From an uncultured delta proteobacterium (GTDB lineage: Bacteria > Desulfobacterota > Binatia > Binatales > Binataceae), in contig CAWCDG010000004.1 of NCBI GenBank assembly GCA_963794325.1, positions 1,408,001-1,472,000 of the forward strand: DNA of 64,000 nt, given 5' to 3'. Position numbers and translations under genes: made by a program. Below, in pieces: positions 47,286 to 57,162 of this stretch. The number at the start of each line of letters is the position of its first letter. The first letter of the stretch is position 1. Below the pieces are notes generated by a model. That model was not told the DNA's origin, searched no databases, and was given only the letters and a program-made list of their open reading frames with translations.

Positions 47286-47918
47286 TCACCTCAATTTCTG
47301 GTCTTTCAGAAAGTTCATTTCTTCCTGCGTGGATTGTCTTCCGAGGGCATCGTTTCGACCTGGGAACCTTCCAAATCGCCGGAATACTTCCAGATGCTGC
47401 TCTGCGTGCTGGAGAATTTCGGTGCAATCGCGATTTTCCGAGACCAGCTCGGACGTGAGCCGCACCGACTCCAATTGATCATTCAGATTTTCGCTATGTT
47501 CGAGCGGAAGGTACAGAAACATTCGCATCATCGGGGACAACGCGCGGTCAAATCCAGCCGAGACAGCGTGGCGGGTCAGTTCGCGCGCCTTTGCGTCAGT
47601 TGCGAACGCTCGGGCGGTGCCGCGGAACATGTTGCGCGGAAATTGATCCAGCAGCAGAACCAGCGCGAGGCAACTTCGCGGATCGTTCTTCCAGTCCTCA
47701 AGCCGTCCGTGCGCGGCATCTTCGTAGCTGGCAAGGAACCGCGTCGTACAAAGCCGGTCGAATTCCGAAGTCGGGAAAAACCAGCGCGATTGAAACATGC
47801 TTTCCCTGGAACCCGGTTCGTCGGCAAACCAAAAGAGCAGAACCTTCTCAGCATCTAACCCAGCATTTTGACTGCCATCCCGAGCTCCACTCACGACGAT
47901 ATACCTCGCTTCAATCAA
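47286..47918 (-). CDS. DUF924 family protein
   Basis: LDQFPRNMFRG, FLYLPLEHSE, FGRFPGRN..LGR.ST.EE. Confidence 0.92.
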   Translation of the reverse strand: MIEARYIVVSGARDGSQNAGLDAEKVLLFWFADEPGSRESMFQSRWFFPTSEFDRLCTTRFLASYEDAAHGRLEDWKNDPRSCLALVLLLDQFPRNMFRGTARAFATDAKARELTRHAVSAGFDRALSPMMRMFLYLPLEHSENLNDQLESVRLTSELVSENRDCTEILQHAEQHLEVFRRFGRFPGRNDALGRQSTQEEMNFLKDQKLR

Positions 47919-50900
47919 CTACCCTCGTAACTCTTCCATCAGTGCCTTGGCGTCCTTCAGATCCGCTGTGTCGAAGCCCTCGGAGAACCAGTTGTAAATT
48001 TCTGCGAGCATCGATCGCGCGTTGTCGCGCCCGCCTTGCCTCGCCAGCAGGCGCGCGAGACTGGTCGTTGCGCGCAGTTCCCATGATTTGGCGTGCTGCT
48101 TGCGCGCAATTTCGATCGCGTCGCGGAAAGATTGATCCGCTTGCGAAGTGTTCGAAGCACTCTGAGCCAGCAACAATTCGCCCTTCAGGCGACGGAGCTC
48201 CGCTGCATAGTATTGTTGGCCGGTTCTCTCGATGAACTCGAATGACTCGTCGACGATGCGAAGAGCCTCATCGAAACGGCTCAGCCGTCCCAGGGCAGTG
48301 GCGACAAAGGTGAAATAGCGGTCGCTGATATATTCGGAGCCGGCGGCCTTCAACTCTGACATGTGGAGTCTCATGCGCGCGATGCCGCCATCCAGGTCGC
48401 CGGCCAGCGCATCTGCCCATCCTAAATAAATTTCGCTCAGGACGCGGCCTGTAAAATATCCCGATTCGTTCGCTAGTAGCAGCCTCGCAGCTGCCCTCGA
48501 TTTCATCTGTTCAGGTTCGCGACGGAGCTCGTAAATGTAGGTGGCGAATCCGTGGATGTCCGCAATCATTGTCTTTGGCCCGGAACCCGCGATTTCGGTC
48601 GCGATATTCATTCGCTCGAGTGCGCGGTCCGGGTAACCAAGGAACCACAGGTTCCATCCCGACAAGACGCGGTTGTTTTGCCGAGTCCCCGAACGCCACG
48701 CGAATGCCTGGCCTTCAGTCATTTGCTCGGGGCGCTGCGGTGTCAGACCGGTTGCCGGCTTCGCGTTGGAATCCAGCAGCGCCCACGCTCGATCGAGGCC
48801 AAGGGCTGCTTGCTCGAAGTCGCCCGAAACCATCTTCGCGTATGCCAACCAGTTCGCCGCTTCGGCAACAAGATCGGCTCTCCCGTATTCTTCGGCTCGC
48901 GCAACCAGCTCGGTTCCTATCGCTTCGGCCTGGCGCACATTGGGACGGAGTTGTTGAACGAAAAAGATTCCGAAGAGCGCCGCCCAGGTCTTTTGCCGGT
49001 TGATGCCCGACCGCTGGCAAAGCTCCAGCGCGCGCGCCTGCGACTGCTCGACATCGTGCGAGCTGAAACCTTTGCTATCACCCAGCGGCCCGCTGATTTC
49101 GATCCTGAGGTCCAATTCCAGTTCGGCGCGCCGGTCGTCGTCGGGGAGCTTCTGCAGTTGTTCAAGTCCTTTCTCGAACTGGGCGACCGCTTCGGCATTA
49201 GAGCCCAGGTCGGCGCATTGACGGACCGCGCGCAGACAATATTTCACCGCCTTGGCCGGATTGCCGCTGCGCGCATAATGATGAGCCAGCTTGGCAATGT
49301 AGTCGTCGAGACTGTCGGCATAGGTTGATTCCAACGCCGCGCCGATTCGCTCGTGCAGCAAGCGGCGGCGTTCGTTAAGCACCGAGTGGTAGGCGACGTC
49401 ATGGGTCAGCGCATGCTTGAAGGTGTACTCGAGGTCGCCGACCGAGGGTTGCTCGTAGATGAACTCGGCGAGCTGGAGTTCGGATAGCATCGGTTCCAAC
49501 TCCAGTTCCGGCGGCGCGGCTACTTTGCGGATCAGTGCGAATTTGAACTCGGTACCGATGACCGCGAGCGTCTGAAGCAGATCTTTGTGATCCGGCGCGA
49601 GCCGGTCGATGCGCGCTGCGAGAATAGCCTGCACGGTCGGCGGTATCTTCAGCTCGCCCAGCGACTTGGTGAGTTTTACCGTACCGTTGCGCACCAGCGC
49701 GCCCTCATCGAGCAACACCTGCACAGTCTCTTCCATGAAGAACGGGTTGCCCTCGGTTTTTTCAGTAATGAGTTTCTTAAGCGCTGCTAGTTGCGGGCTG
49801 TCACCGAGCAGCGCCGACAGCATCTCGTCGGCGCTTTCCATTCCGAGTGGGTCGAGCCGCAGCTGCGTGTAGTAAGTCTTGTTGCCCCACTCATGGCGGT
49901 ACTCGGGCCGATAGTTGAACAGCAGCAGGATGCGCGCGGTGCCGATTGAGTCGGCGAGTAGGTTCAGAAATCCCTGCGTCTCGCTGTCGATCCAGTGAAG
50001 GTCCTCGAAAATCACGACCAGCGGCTGGTTGAGGCTTTCGCGCAACAGGATGCGCTTGATCGCATCGAGCGAGCGGCGCTTGCGAGTCTGCGCCTCGACC
50101 TCGGCAGCCTGGTTGTTCTCGTCAGTCAAACCGAGCAGCCCATAGAGATACGGAAGTGCGTCCTCCAGCGAGCGATCGAGCGCGAGTACCCGCCCGGTTA
50201 CTTTCTCGCGTCGCGTGCGTTCGTCATCCTCGGGAGTGATCTTGAAATAGCTCCGCAGCAAATCGATCACAGGCAGAAATGCAGACGCCTTGCCGTGCGA
50301 GACCGAGAACGCCTCCAGCACCATCCAGCCCGATTGCGAGACCGCTTTGAACTCGAAGAACAGGCGCGATTTGCCGACTCCCGCCTCGGCCATCGCCGCG
50401 ACAATCTGCCCGCGTCCAGCCCTGGCCTGATCCGCCGCACGCTTTAGCGATTCCATTTCTGCCTGCCGACCTACGAACTTCGACAAGCCGCGCCCCGCCG
50501 AGCGTTGCAGCCGGGTTCGCAGCGGCCCGAGTCCGATCACCTCGTAAACGTTGACCGGCTCGCTCAAGCCTTTGATTCGGGTCGGTCCAAGCGGCTTGAG
50601 CTGAAAGTACCCTTCGACCATTTTGCGCGTCTGCTCGCTGACCGCGACGGTCCCGGTTCGCGCAAGCGATTGCAGCCGCGAGGCGAGGTTAGTTGTGTGT
50701 CCGATCGGTGTGTACTCAACCTGACCGTCGCCGGTTGCGATCGAGCGGACCACGACTTCGCCGGTGTTTATGCCGACGCGAATCTCGATCGGTGCGCGCC
50801 CTTCGGATTGGAGCCGCGAACCATATCTCAGTAACTCCTCCTGCATCCGCAGCCCGGCATAGAGCGCGCGCTGCGGATGGTCCTCGTGGGCCAGCGGTGC

Positions 50901-51332
50901 GCCGAACATCGCAAAGATGCCGTCGCCGGTCGATTGCACGACGTGGCCATCGTAACGCTGGACCGCAGCGATCATCAGCTTGAGGGCGGGATCGACAATG
51001 GCGCGAGCTTCCTCGGGGTCGAGGTCCTGCTCCAATTCGGTCGAGCCCTTGATATCGGCAAACAACGCGGTGACGGTCTTGCGCTCACCGTCGATAGGCA
51101 GCGGTTCAGCGCTGTTGAGGGTTACGCCAATGATCGGGGGAGTTGAGCTTGACGTTGTCTTCGAAGGCTGCCCGGCTTGCCCGCTCAGAGAAGTCGCACA
51201 TTGCGTGCAGAATTTGGCTTCAGGCGGGTTGTCGAAAGCGCACTTTTGGCATCTGCGCTTGAAGGGAGTTGCACATTGAATGCAAAACTTCGCCCCCTGA
51301 GGATTTTCAGTGGAGCAACTGGCGCAGTGCAT
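47919..51332 (-). CDS. Double Zn-ribbon, class III adenylate/guanylate cyclase, STAND ATPase and TPR protein
   Basis: CxxC x4, LFADIKGST, GDG, GINTGEV, NLASRLQ, EAGVGKS, EDLHWID. Start set at MHCASC. Confidence 0.93.
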   Translation of the reverse strand: MHCASCSTENPQGAKFCIQCATPFKRRCQKCAFDNPPEAKFCTQCATSLSGQAGQPSKTTSSSTPPIIGVTLNSAEPLPIDGERKTVTALFADIKGSTELEQDLDPEEARAIVDPALKLMIAAVQRYDGHVVQSTGDGIFAMFGAPLAHEDHPQRALYAGLRMQEELLRYGSRLQSEGRAPIEIRVGINTGEVVVRSIATGDGQVEYTPIGHTTNLASRLQSLARTGTVAVSEQTRKMVEGYFQLKPLGPTRIKGLSEPVNVYEVIGLGPLRTRLQRSAGRGLSKFVGRQAEMESLKRAADQARAGRGQIVAAMAEAGVGKSRLFFEFKAVSQSGWMVLEAFSVSHGKASAFLPVIDLLRSYFKITPEDDERTRREKVTGRVLALDRSLEDALPYLYGLLGLTDENNQAAEVEAQTRKRRSLDAIKRILLRESLNQPLVVIFEDLHWIDSETQGFLNLLADSIGTARILLLFNYRPEYRHEWGNKTYYTQLRLDPLGMESADEMLSALLGDSPQLAALKKLITEKTEGNPFFMEETVQVLLDEGALVRNGTVKLTKSLGELKIPPTVQAILAARIDRLAPDHKDLLQTLAVIGTEFKFALIRKVAAPPELELEPMLSELQLAEFIYEQPSVGDLEYTFKHALTHDVAYHSVLNERRRLLHERIGAALESTYADSLDDYIAKLAHHYARSGNPAKAVKYCLRAVRQCADLGSNAEAVAQFEKGLEQLQKLPDDDRRAELELDLRIEISGPLGDSKGFSSHDVEQSQARALELCQRSGINRQKTWAALFGIFFVQQLRPNVRQAEAIGTELVARAEEYGRADLVAEAANWLAYAKMVSGDFEQAALGLDRAWALLDSNAKPATGLTPQRPEQMTEGQAFAWRSGTRQNNRVLSGWNLWFLGYPDRALERMNIATEIAGSGPKTMIADIHGFATYIYELRREPEQMKSRAAARLLLANESGYFTGRVLSEIYLGWADALAGDLDGGIARMRLHMSELKAAGSEYISDRYFTFVATALGRLSRFDEALRIVDESFEFIERTGQQYYAAELRRLKGELLLAQSASNTSQADQSFRDAIEIARKQHAKSWELRATTSLARLLARQGGRDNARSMLAEIYNWFSEGFDTADLKDAKALMEELRG

Positions 51333-51369
51333 ACTGGGTCGATCAGTTTTGGCGGTTGTTCGATAGCTG

Positions 51370-52071
51370 CTACGGCTTGACGACCTCGCCGCGATGATCC
51401 TTGTACATCCGGTCGCGCCAGGCGAACACCTCGGCAAACGTTGGATCGTCGCCGAGCTTGTCGAGGTAGACGAACCGCAGTTCCGGCGTAAGGACGAAAA
51501 ACTCCTGCGGAGCCGCCTTGAAAAGCATCAACATCGCCGCGGTGGTTATGTCGGCGCGAGTGAATGTATTACCGACCAGGTATTCGCGTCCGCTCAGGGT
51601 ATCCTTAAGACTCGTCAGGATCCTCGTGACCGTGAGCCTGCTCTGCTCTTCCTCGAATGGTGAGTATCCATACTTTTCCGCGAAGTACTTTCCGCTCTTT
51701 TGTGCTTCAGGGTCATCGATGCGGAGCAGGCGTCCGGTGATCATCACGCGGCCATGAGGCCCCAGCGCGTTAAGCGCGACCTCTTCCCATAGCGTCGCCG
51801 TCGCGCGATCTTTCGCGGATTTGGGCAACAGCGCCGGCTCCGGTCGCGTTCCTTCGAGCCAGTCCAAAATCGCGCTCGAATCCGGAATCACCTTACCGTC
51901 GGTGACCAACACCGGCACCATGGTTTGGCCGGTCAATTTTTTAATTTTTTCTTCATCGACTCCCGGTTCGTAGTTTTCCTTCTCGTACGCCAGGCCTTTG
52001 AACTTCAACGCCCAACGGACGCGCTCGGACCAGGGCGACCCGTACATTGTGATTAGCTTCGGCGTGCTCAT
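51370..52071 (-). CDS. Glutathione S-transferase family protein
   Basis: SPWSERVR, VPVL, DSSAI, YLVGNTFTRADI. Confidence 0.9.
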   Translation of the reverse strand: MSTPKLITMYGSPWSERVRWALKFKGLAYEKENYEPGVDEEKIKKLTGQTMVPVLVTDGKVIPDSSAILDWLEGTRPEPALLPKSAKDRATATLWEEVALNALGPHGRVMITGRLLRIDDPEAQKSGKYFAEKYGYSPFEEEQSRLTVTRILTSLKDTLSGREYLVGNTFTRADITTAAMLMLFKAAPQEFFVLTPELRFVYLDKLGDDPTFAEVFAWRDRMYKDHRGEVVKP

Positions 52072-52254
52072 GAGCAGTCCCCTTTGAGTTTGGTCAGCAA
52101 TGAAACTTTGACTTGCTGTTGGAGAGCATACCGCGTCGTGGACCGTGGCCCTAACAGGCGGAGCGATTTTAGCGCTTCGGAGCGGCTCTTCGGAAGCGCG
52201 GAAGATTGGGAGCATCCGCGAGCGTAGCGCTGCACGCAGATGCTCCCTGGCGAA

Positions 52255-52794
52255 TCACTTCACGTCTACTTCCATGCGCATCCAAGGATGGAGGCAGCAC
52301 TGGAACAGATGTTTTCCCTTTGACAGGCCAGTGATATCGAGATGGCTGCCCTGAAGAATTCGGGTCTTGGCCACCGCGACGCTGCCAAAGCCGCCACTGC
52401 ATTCCGGAATGACGGTCGTCGCGGCGCCGGGGTTAAGCGGCGGCACGAATCCGTTACCGAATGCCTTCACCTCGGTAAAGGTGTGAACCTCACCGCCTTG
52501 GTTGACTACGGAAACGACGGTGCCCTTATTGATCGTTAGCGTATCGGGTTCGTAATCCCAGCCCGGATCGGGGGTTCCAGCCTCCGCCCCTGCAACTAGA
52601 TTGCCCAGCATGGTGCTGAATCCAGACGCAATGTTCTTGCATTCGTCAGCGCCCAGTGCAGCGTTGAACGTGGCCGGATCGCATTCGTCCAATGCCACAA
52701 CCTGGGCGAGCCCGGGCGGCTGCGCACTCGCGTGTCTCGCGCTGGCTAGAATCACGCACCCAGCCAGCAGACTTAGTATCGTTATCTTTTTCAT
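52255..52794 (-). CDS. Secreted cupredoxin-like (type 1 Cu) protein
   Basis: Signal peptide; EVHTFT and FQCCLHPWM (His..Cys-x2-His-x2-Met). Confidence 0.8.
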   Translation of the reverse strand: MKKITILSLLAGCVILASARHASAQPPGLAQVVALDECDPATFNAALGADECKNIASGFSTMLGNLVAGAEAGTPDPGWDYEPDTLTINKGTVVSVVNQGGEVHTFTEVKAFGNGFVPPLNPGAATTVIPECSGGFGSVAVAKTRILQGSHLDITGLSKGKHLFQCCLHPWMRMEVDVK

Positions 52795-52968
52795 TCCTGC
52801 TTCCTCCTTTTGAAGCGAATCATTGGTTATCGGCGCCCATCTTCAGGCATCCTGAGTCGCTAGCCAATGGACCGAGGCTGAACTTCTCCTGAACTCTCGC
52901 TGAACTCGCTGACACGTCGCGGCTATGCGCTTGCCCGCGAACGCGAGTAGAATCGGCGACCGGAACCA

Positions 52969-55878
52969 ATGCCCGAAGATCTCGTCCAGTTTGAGGATTT
53001 TGTACTGAACCGCGGCGCCTATGAGCTGCGCCGGGGTGATGTCGTCGTTCCGCTCCAACGGATTCCGCTCGAGCTGCTATGCCTGCTGGTCGAACGCCGC
53101 GGACAGCTGGTTACGCGCGAGGAAATTCTCGAGCGCGTCTGGGGCAAGGGCGTCTTCGTCGATAGCGAGAACAGCATCAACACCGCGGTACGGAAAGTCC
53201 GGCGGGCGTTGAGCGACGATCCCGACGCCCCGCGCTTCGTCGTTACGGTGCCAGCCCGGGGTTATCGATTCGTCGCGGAGCTTCGCGCACCGAAGATAAG
53301 TAGAGCCGATCAATTTCGAGCTCGGCCGCCCAGTACGATGGTGGGACGTGAGCGCGAGCTGTCTTCGTTGCTGAATAGGCTCGACGATGCGGCTGCCCGG
53401 CGGGGGCGCCTGGTCCTGATTTCGGGTGAACCCGGGGTCGGCAAGACACGGATGGCGGACGAGGTTGCGGCCGCGGCTGACGCAAAGCGAATGGCGATAC
53501 TGGTCGGACATTGCTCCGAGCACGACGAAGCCGTCGCGTATCTGCCGTTCGTGGAAATCCTGGAAGACTTTATCGATCGCGAATCAAACCCGGATGTGCT
53601 TCGCGCTGCTCTTGGCGAGCAGGCACCGGAGCTGGCGCGCTTGATCCCAAAACTCAAGAACATCCTGCCCGAGCTTCCGCCGCCGCTCGATTTGCCGCCG
53701 ACTCAGGCGCGGCGCCATTTGTTCAATTGCTTTTTCGACTTCGTTGCCCGAATCGCTTCACAACGACCGACGTTGATGATCCTCGAAGACCTTCACTGGG
53801 CCGACGATTCGACGCTGTCGCTGCTCGACCATCTGACGCAGCGGCTGGCCGATCTGCCTCTGATTATCATCGGAACCTATCGCGACGCCGAGGTCAATGT
53901 CACTCACGAGCTGGCAAAGACGCTGGAAGATCTACTCCGGGGGCGGTTTGCAACTCGCATCAGGCTCAAAGGCCTGCCACGCGATGCAGTGGCGGCGATG
54001 CTGAACAGTCTGAGCGGAAAATCGCCGCCCGCCTCCGTGGTTGGCGAGATTTTCGCCGAGACTGAAGGCAATCCTTTCTTCGTCGAGGAACTGTTCCGCC
54101 ATCTCGAGGAGGAGAATCGGCTGTACGATTCGGCGGGACGGTTTCGCTCCACGCTCGAGATTGGAGAACTGGACGCGCCGCCAACTGTGCGGCTGGTCGT
54201 CGGGCGGCGGCTGGCGCGGCTCAGCGACCTGACACAGAAGATGCTCGCGACGGCGGCGGTGATCGGACGCTTATTCAGTTTCGAAATTCTTCATGCTTCG
54301 ATCGAAGCCGATGCGGATTCGACGCTGAAGCGCGTCGAGGAAGCCGAAAAGGCCGGCCTGGTTTTCTCCTTCGCCGACAGTCCAAAGGCGCGGTTTGAGT
54401 TCTCCCACGAGCTTATTCGCCAATCCGTCCTCGCCGGCTTGTCGGCGGCGCGACGCCAGCGGCTGCATCTCGAGGTGGCCGAAGGGATCGAGCGAACCTG
54501 TGCCGCTGGGTCGGGATCCACATTTGCCGGCAGCCTCGACGACCACATCACTGAACTGGCGCATCACTACGCGCATAGCGCCAACACCTCGCAGGCGGTG
54601 AAATATCTCCATCTGGCGGGCGAGCTGGCGGCGGCGTGCGGCGCGATGGTCGAGGCGGAGCGTCACTACATGACCGCGCTCAAGCTGCTTGACGAATTGC
54701 CCGAAACGCCGGAACGGGATCGGCGCGAACTTGCCTTGCAGAGCCTGCTCGGTTCGGCCGTTGCAGCCGTTAAGGGAATTGGCGCGCATGAAAGAGAGCG
54801 CAGCCTCTTGCGGGCTCGCGATCTGTCACAACGCCTCGGAGAGCAGTCTCACGTGTTCCCAGTGCTCTGGCAGCTCTTCCATTTCCATGCACAGCGCGGT
54901 GAACTGCGAACCGCTCGGAAATACGCTGAACAAGCATTGGCAGTGGCCGAGAGTCAGTGCGACGTGGTGATGCTCGCGGGTGCCCGAACCGCCCTCGGCG
55001 TCTGTCTCTTTTACATCGGCGACTTTGCTGCCTGCCGAATGCAGTTCGAGCTCGCGCTCGCACAGGACATACCTTTGCAGAAACGCTGGTATCTCGACGA
55101 ACGCGGGTTCGACACGCTGGCAGGAGCGCTAAGCGCGCTCGCTGAGGGAATTCTGGGTTATCCGGACCGATGCTGCGTGGGACTTGGCGACGTTGTGAAG
55201 CGCGCGCGGACGCAGTCGAGCCTCCCTGACCTGGCGTTCGCGTTGGTAACTTGTGGCCGGGGGCATCTTCTGGCCGGTAGTCCAAGCAGCGCCCAATCTT
55301 TGGCGGAAGAAGCGATCACGCTGTCCGAGAGCCACGGGCTCGTCGAACGCGCTGCATTGGGTAAATATGTTCGAGGGGTCGCTCTCACCAGGCAAGGAGA
55401 GCTCAAGGAGGGTATCGCCTGCATTCTCCAGGGACTCTCGGACTATAGCGCGACCGGTGGCAGGCTCGGTCAGTCAGAGTTCTACAGCGCGCTTGCCGCA
55501 GCTTTCGGCAAGGCAGGTCGAACCCAAGAGGGTTTGGAAGCGGTGGACCTCGGACTGGCGATGGGCCGCGATGGTGGCGAGAGTTACTATCGAGGCGAAC
55601 TCTATCGCATAAGAGGCGAACTGATTCAGCTCGATGATCCGGCCCATCCTGACGAGGTCGAGCGATTGTTTCGCACGGCGATCGATGATGCGTCCAGCCG
55701 GCAAGCCCGTTCATTTGAACTGCGCGCCACGACCAGCCTCGCGCGATTGCTCGCCAAGCAAGGTCATCGCGACAAAGCGCGCACGATGCTTGCCGAAATT
55801 TACAACTGGGTCACCGAGGGCTTCGATACCCCCGATCTGAAGGATGCCAAGACCCTGCTCGACGAGCTTAGCGAATAG
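52969..55878 (+). CDS. OmpR/CadC-type winged helix, STAND ATPase and TPR regulator
   Basis: LVTREEILERVWG..VTVPARGYRF; GEPGVGKT; EDLHWAD; ELRATTSLARLL. Confidence 0.92.
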   Translation: MPEDLVQFEDFVLNRGAYELRRGDVVVPLQRIPLELLCLLVERRGQLVTREEILERVWGKGVFVDSENSINTAVRKVRRALSDDPDAPRFVVTVPARGYRFVAELRAPKISRADQFRARPPSTMVGRERELSSLLNRLDDAAARRGRLVLISGEPGVGKTRMADEVAAAADAKRMAILVGHCSEHDEAVAYLPFVEILEDFIDRESNPDVLRAALGEQAPELARLIPKLKNILPELPPPLDLPPTQARRHLFNCFFDFVARIASQRPTLMILEDLHWADDSTLSLLDHLTQRLADLPLIIIGTYRDAEVNVTHELAKTLEDLLRGRFATRIRLKGLPRDAVAAMLNSLSGKSPPASVVGEIFAETEGNPFFVEELFRHLEEENRLYDSAGRFRSTLEIGELDAPPTVRLVVGRRLARLSDLTQKMLATAAVIGRLFSFEILHASIEADADSTLKRVEEAEKAGLVFSFADSPKARFEFSHELIRQSVLAGLSAARRQRLHLEVAEGIERTCAAGSGSTFAGSLDDHITELAHHYAHSANTSQAVKYLHLAGELAAACGAMVEAERHYMTALKLLDELPETPERDRRELALQSLLGSAVAAVKGIGAHERERSLLRARDLSQRLGEQSHVFPVLWQLFHFHAQRGELRTARKYAEQALAVAESQCDVVMLAGARTALGVCLFYIGDFAACRMQFELALAQDIPLQKRWYLDERGFDTLAGALSALAEGILGYPDRCCVGLGDVVKRARTQSSLPDLAFALVTCGRGHLLAGSPSSAQSLAEEAITLSESHGLVERAALGKYVRGVALTRQGELKEGIACILQGLSDYSATGGRLGQSEFYSALAAAFGKAGRTQEGLEAVDLGLAMGRDGGESYYRGELYRIRGELIQLDDPAHPDEVERLFRTAIDDASSRQARSFELRATTSLARLLAKQGHRDKARTMLAEIYNWVTEGFDTPDLKDAKTLLDELSE

Positions 55879-55989
55879 TGCCCTAGCTGCGCTGCGACGT
55901 AAACGAAATCGCGGCAACGCGCCAGGAGCGTGGAAACGTAACTGTGCCTCGCATCGTAAAGGGAAAACCTGTTGAGTCTGTTTGATTTC

Positions 55990-56065
55990 TGGAGCCACCC
56001 GCCGGATTCGAACCGGCGACCTGCTGATTACGAATCAGCTGCTCTACCAACTGAGCTAGGGTGGC
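55990..56065 (-). tRNA. tRNA-Thr(CGT)
   Basis: 76-nt cloverleaf GCCACCCTAGCTCAGTTGGTAGAGCAGCTGATTCGTAATCAGCAGGTCGCCGGTTCGAATCCGGCGGGTGGCTCCA with encoded CCA. Confidence 0.98.
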
Positions 56066-57144
56066 TCTCCATCGGAAAACTTCATCGACGGGATTAGCAG
56101 ACTAGCGAAGCGGGCGCTGCCGAGAAAGACTCTCGTCGAGACTGGGTCGTTTCGCCGGCCGTCGATTCTGAACATGTGCGCGACACTCGCTAGCTCGAGT
56201 CGCACTGCGGGGATCACTTCTTCTGCGAAGCGCTGAACTTCGTCCGGATAGAACGGCCGCGGCAGCGTGAAGATGAAGTGCGTCACTCCCACCTTCATGT
56301 AGCGGTCGATCGTCTCGAGGCATTCCTCGCGAGAGCCGATCATCATCTGGCGACGCGCCTGTTCTGCCGTCGCGCCCGAGATTGCGATGGTACGGCTGAG
56401 CGCAGCCTGTTCGCGGTCTGCGGACGCCCGGTAAGTGAGCCCCATCATGATCGTTTTCTCGATCTGATCGGTGTCGCGGCCCACTGTATCGCCATGGCGC
56501 TCGATCACCTTCAACAAATCGGCATATCGCTCCGCGCTCGCATTCGGGACGTTCCACATGTCAGCGTGTTTCGCGACGATCTTCAGCAGCACTTTCTGGC
56601 CCTGGCCTCCGATCATTATCGGTGGATGCGGCTTCTGGAGCGGCTTGGGGTTACAGACCGCGTCGGTCACATTGTAATGACGGCCGTGCAGCGTCATTTT
56701 TTCCTGCTCGAACATCCCCTTGATGATCTGCAGTGATTCGTCGAGCGCCTGCAGTCGTCCTGGGATCGTCTTGAAGTCGATCCCGAAACTGCGATGCTCC
56801 AGCTCGAACCATCCGGCGCCGAGACCCAGGTTCAGCCGGCCGTCGCTGACGTGATCGAGCGTCGCGGCCATCTTCGCCGTGACGCACGGATTGCGATAGG
56901 TGTTGCCGTTCACCATCGCGCCGATGCGCGCGCGTTTGGTCTGCTGGCTGAGCGCGGTGAGCGTGGTCCATCCTTCGAGGCACGGGCCGGCCGGGTCTGG
57001 AACGAAGATTGGATAGAAATGATCGAAGGTCCAGAGCGAGTCGAAGCCCCAATTGTCGGCGTTGCGCCACAGGTCTTTCAGCTCGTTCCATCCGACGAGT
57101 TGCTGGCCGGTTTGAAGTCCGAATCGAATTGGATGCTTGGGCAT
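56056..57144 (-). CDS. LLM-class (probably F420-dependent) oxidoreductase
   Basis: DHF, EGWTTL, YRNP, SDGRLNLGLGAGW, PKPLQKPHPPIMIGG. Confidence 0.92.
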   Translation of the reverse strand: MPKHPIRFGLQTGQQLVGWNELKDLWRNADNWGFDSLWTFDHFYPIFVPDPAGPCLEGWTTLTALSQQTKRARIGAMVNGNTYRNPCVTAKMAATLDHVSDGRLNLGLGAGWFELEHRSFGIDFKTIPGRLQALDESLQIIKGMFEQEKMTLHGRHYNVTDAVCNPKPLQKPHPPIMIGGQGQKVLLKIVAKHADMWNVPNASAERYADLLKVIERHGDTVGRDTDQIEKTIMMGLTYRASADREQAALSRTIAISGATAEQARRQMMIGSREECLETIDRYMKVGVTHFIFTLPRPFYPDEVQRFAEEVIPAVRLELASVAHMFRIDGRRNDPVSTRVFLGSARFASLLIPSMKFSDGEPP

Positions 57145-57162
57145 GGCGAGTCTCCTTGACGA

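Larger units (their letters stand above)
47017..56035. mobile_element. Integrase-less genomic island remnant inserted in tRNA-Thr
   Basis: Bounded by direct repeats of the tRNA 3' half; no integrase seen inside. Confidence 0.65.

Noticed and set aside
47919-55878. Calling the STAND proteins Avs anti-phage systems
   Set aside because: Architectures match MalT/AfsR-like and cyclase-type signalling STANDs, and no nuclease, TIR or SIR2 effector was seen.
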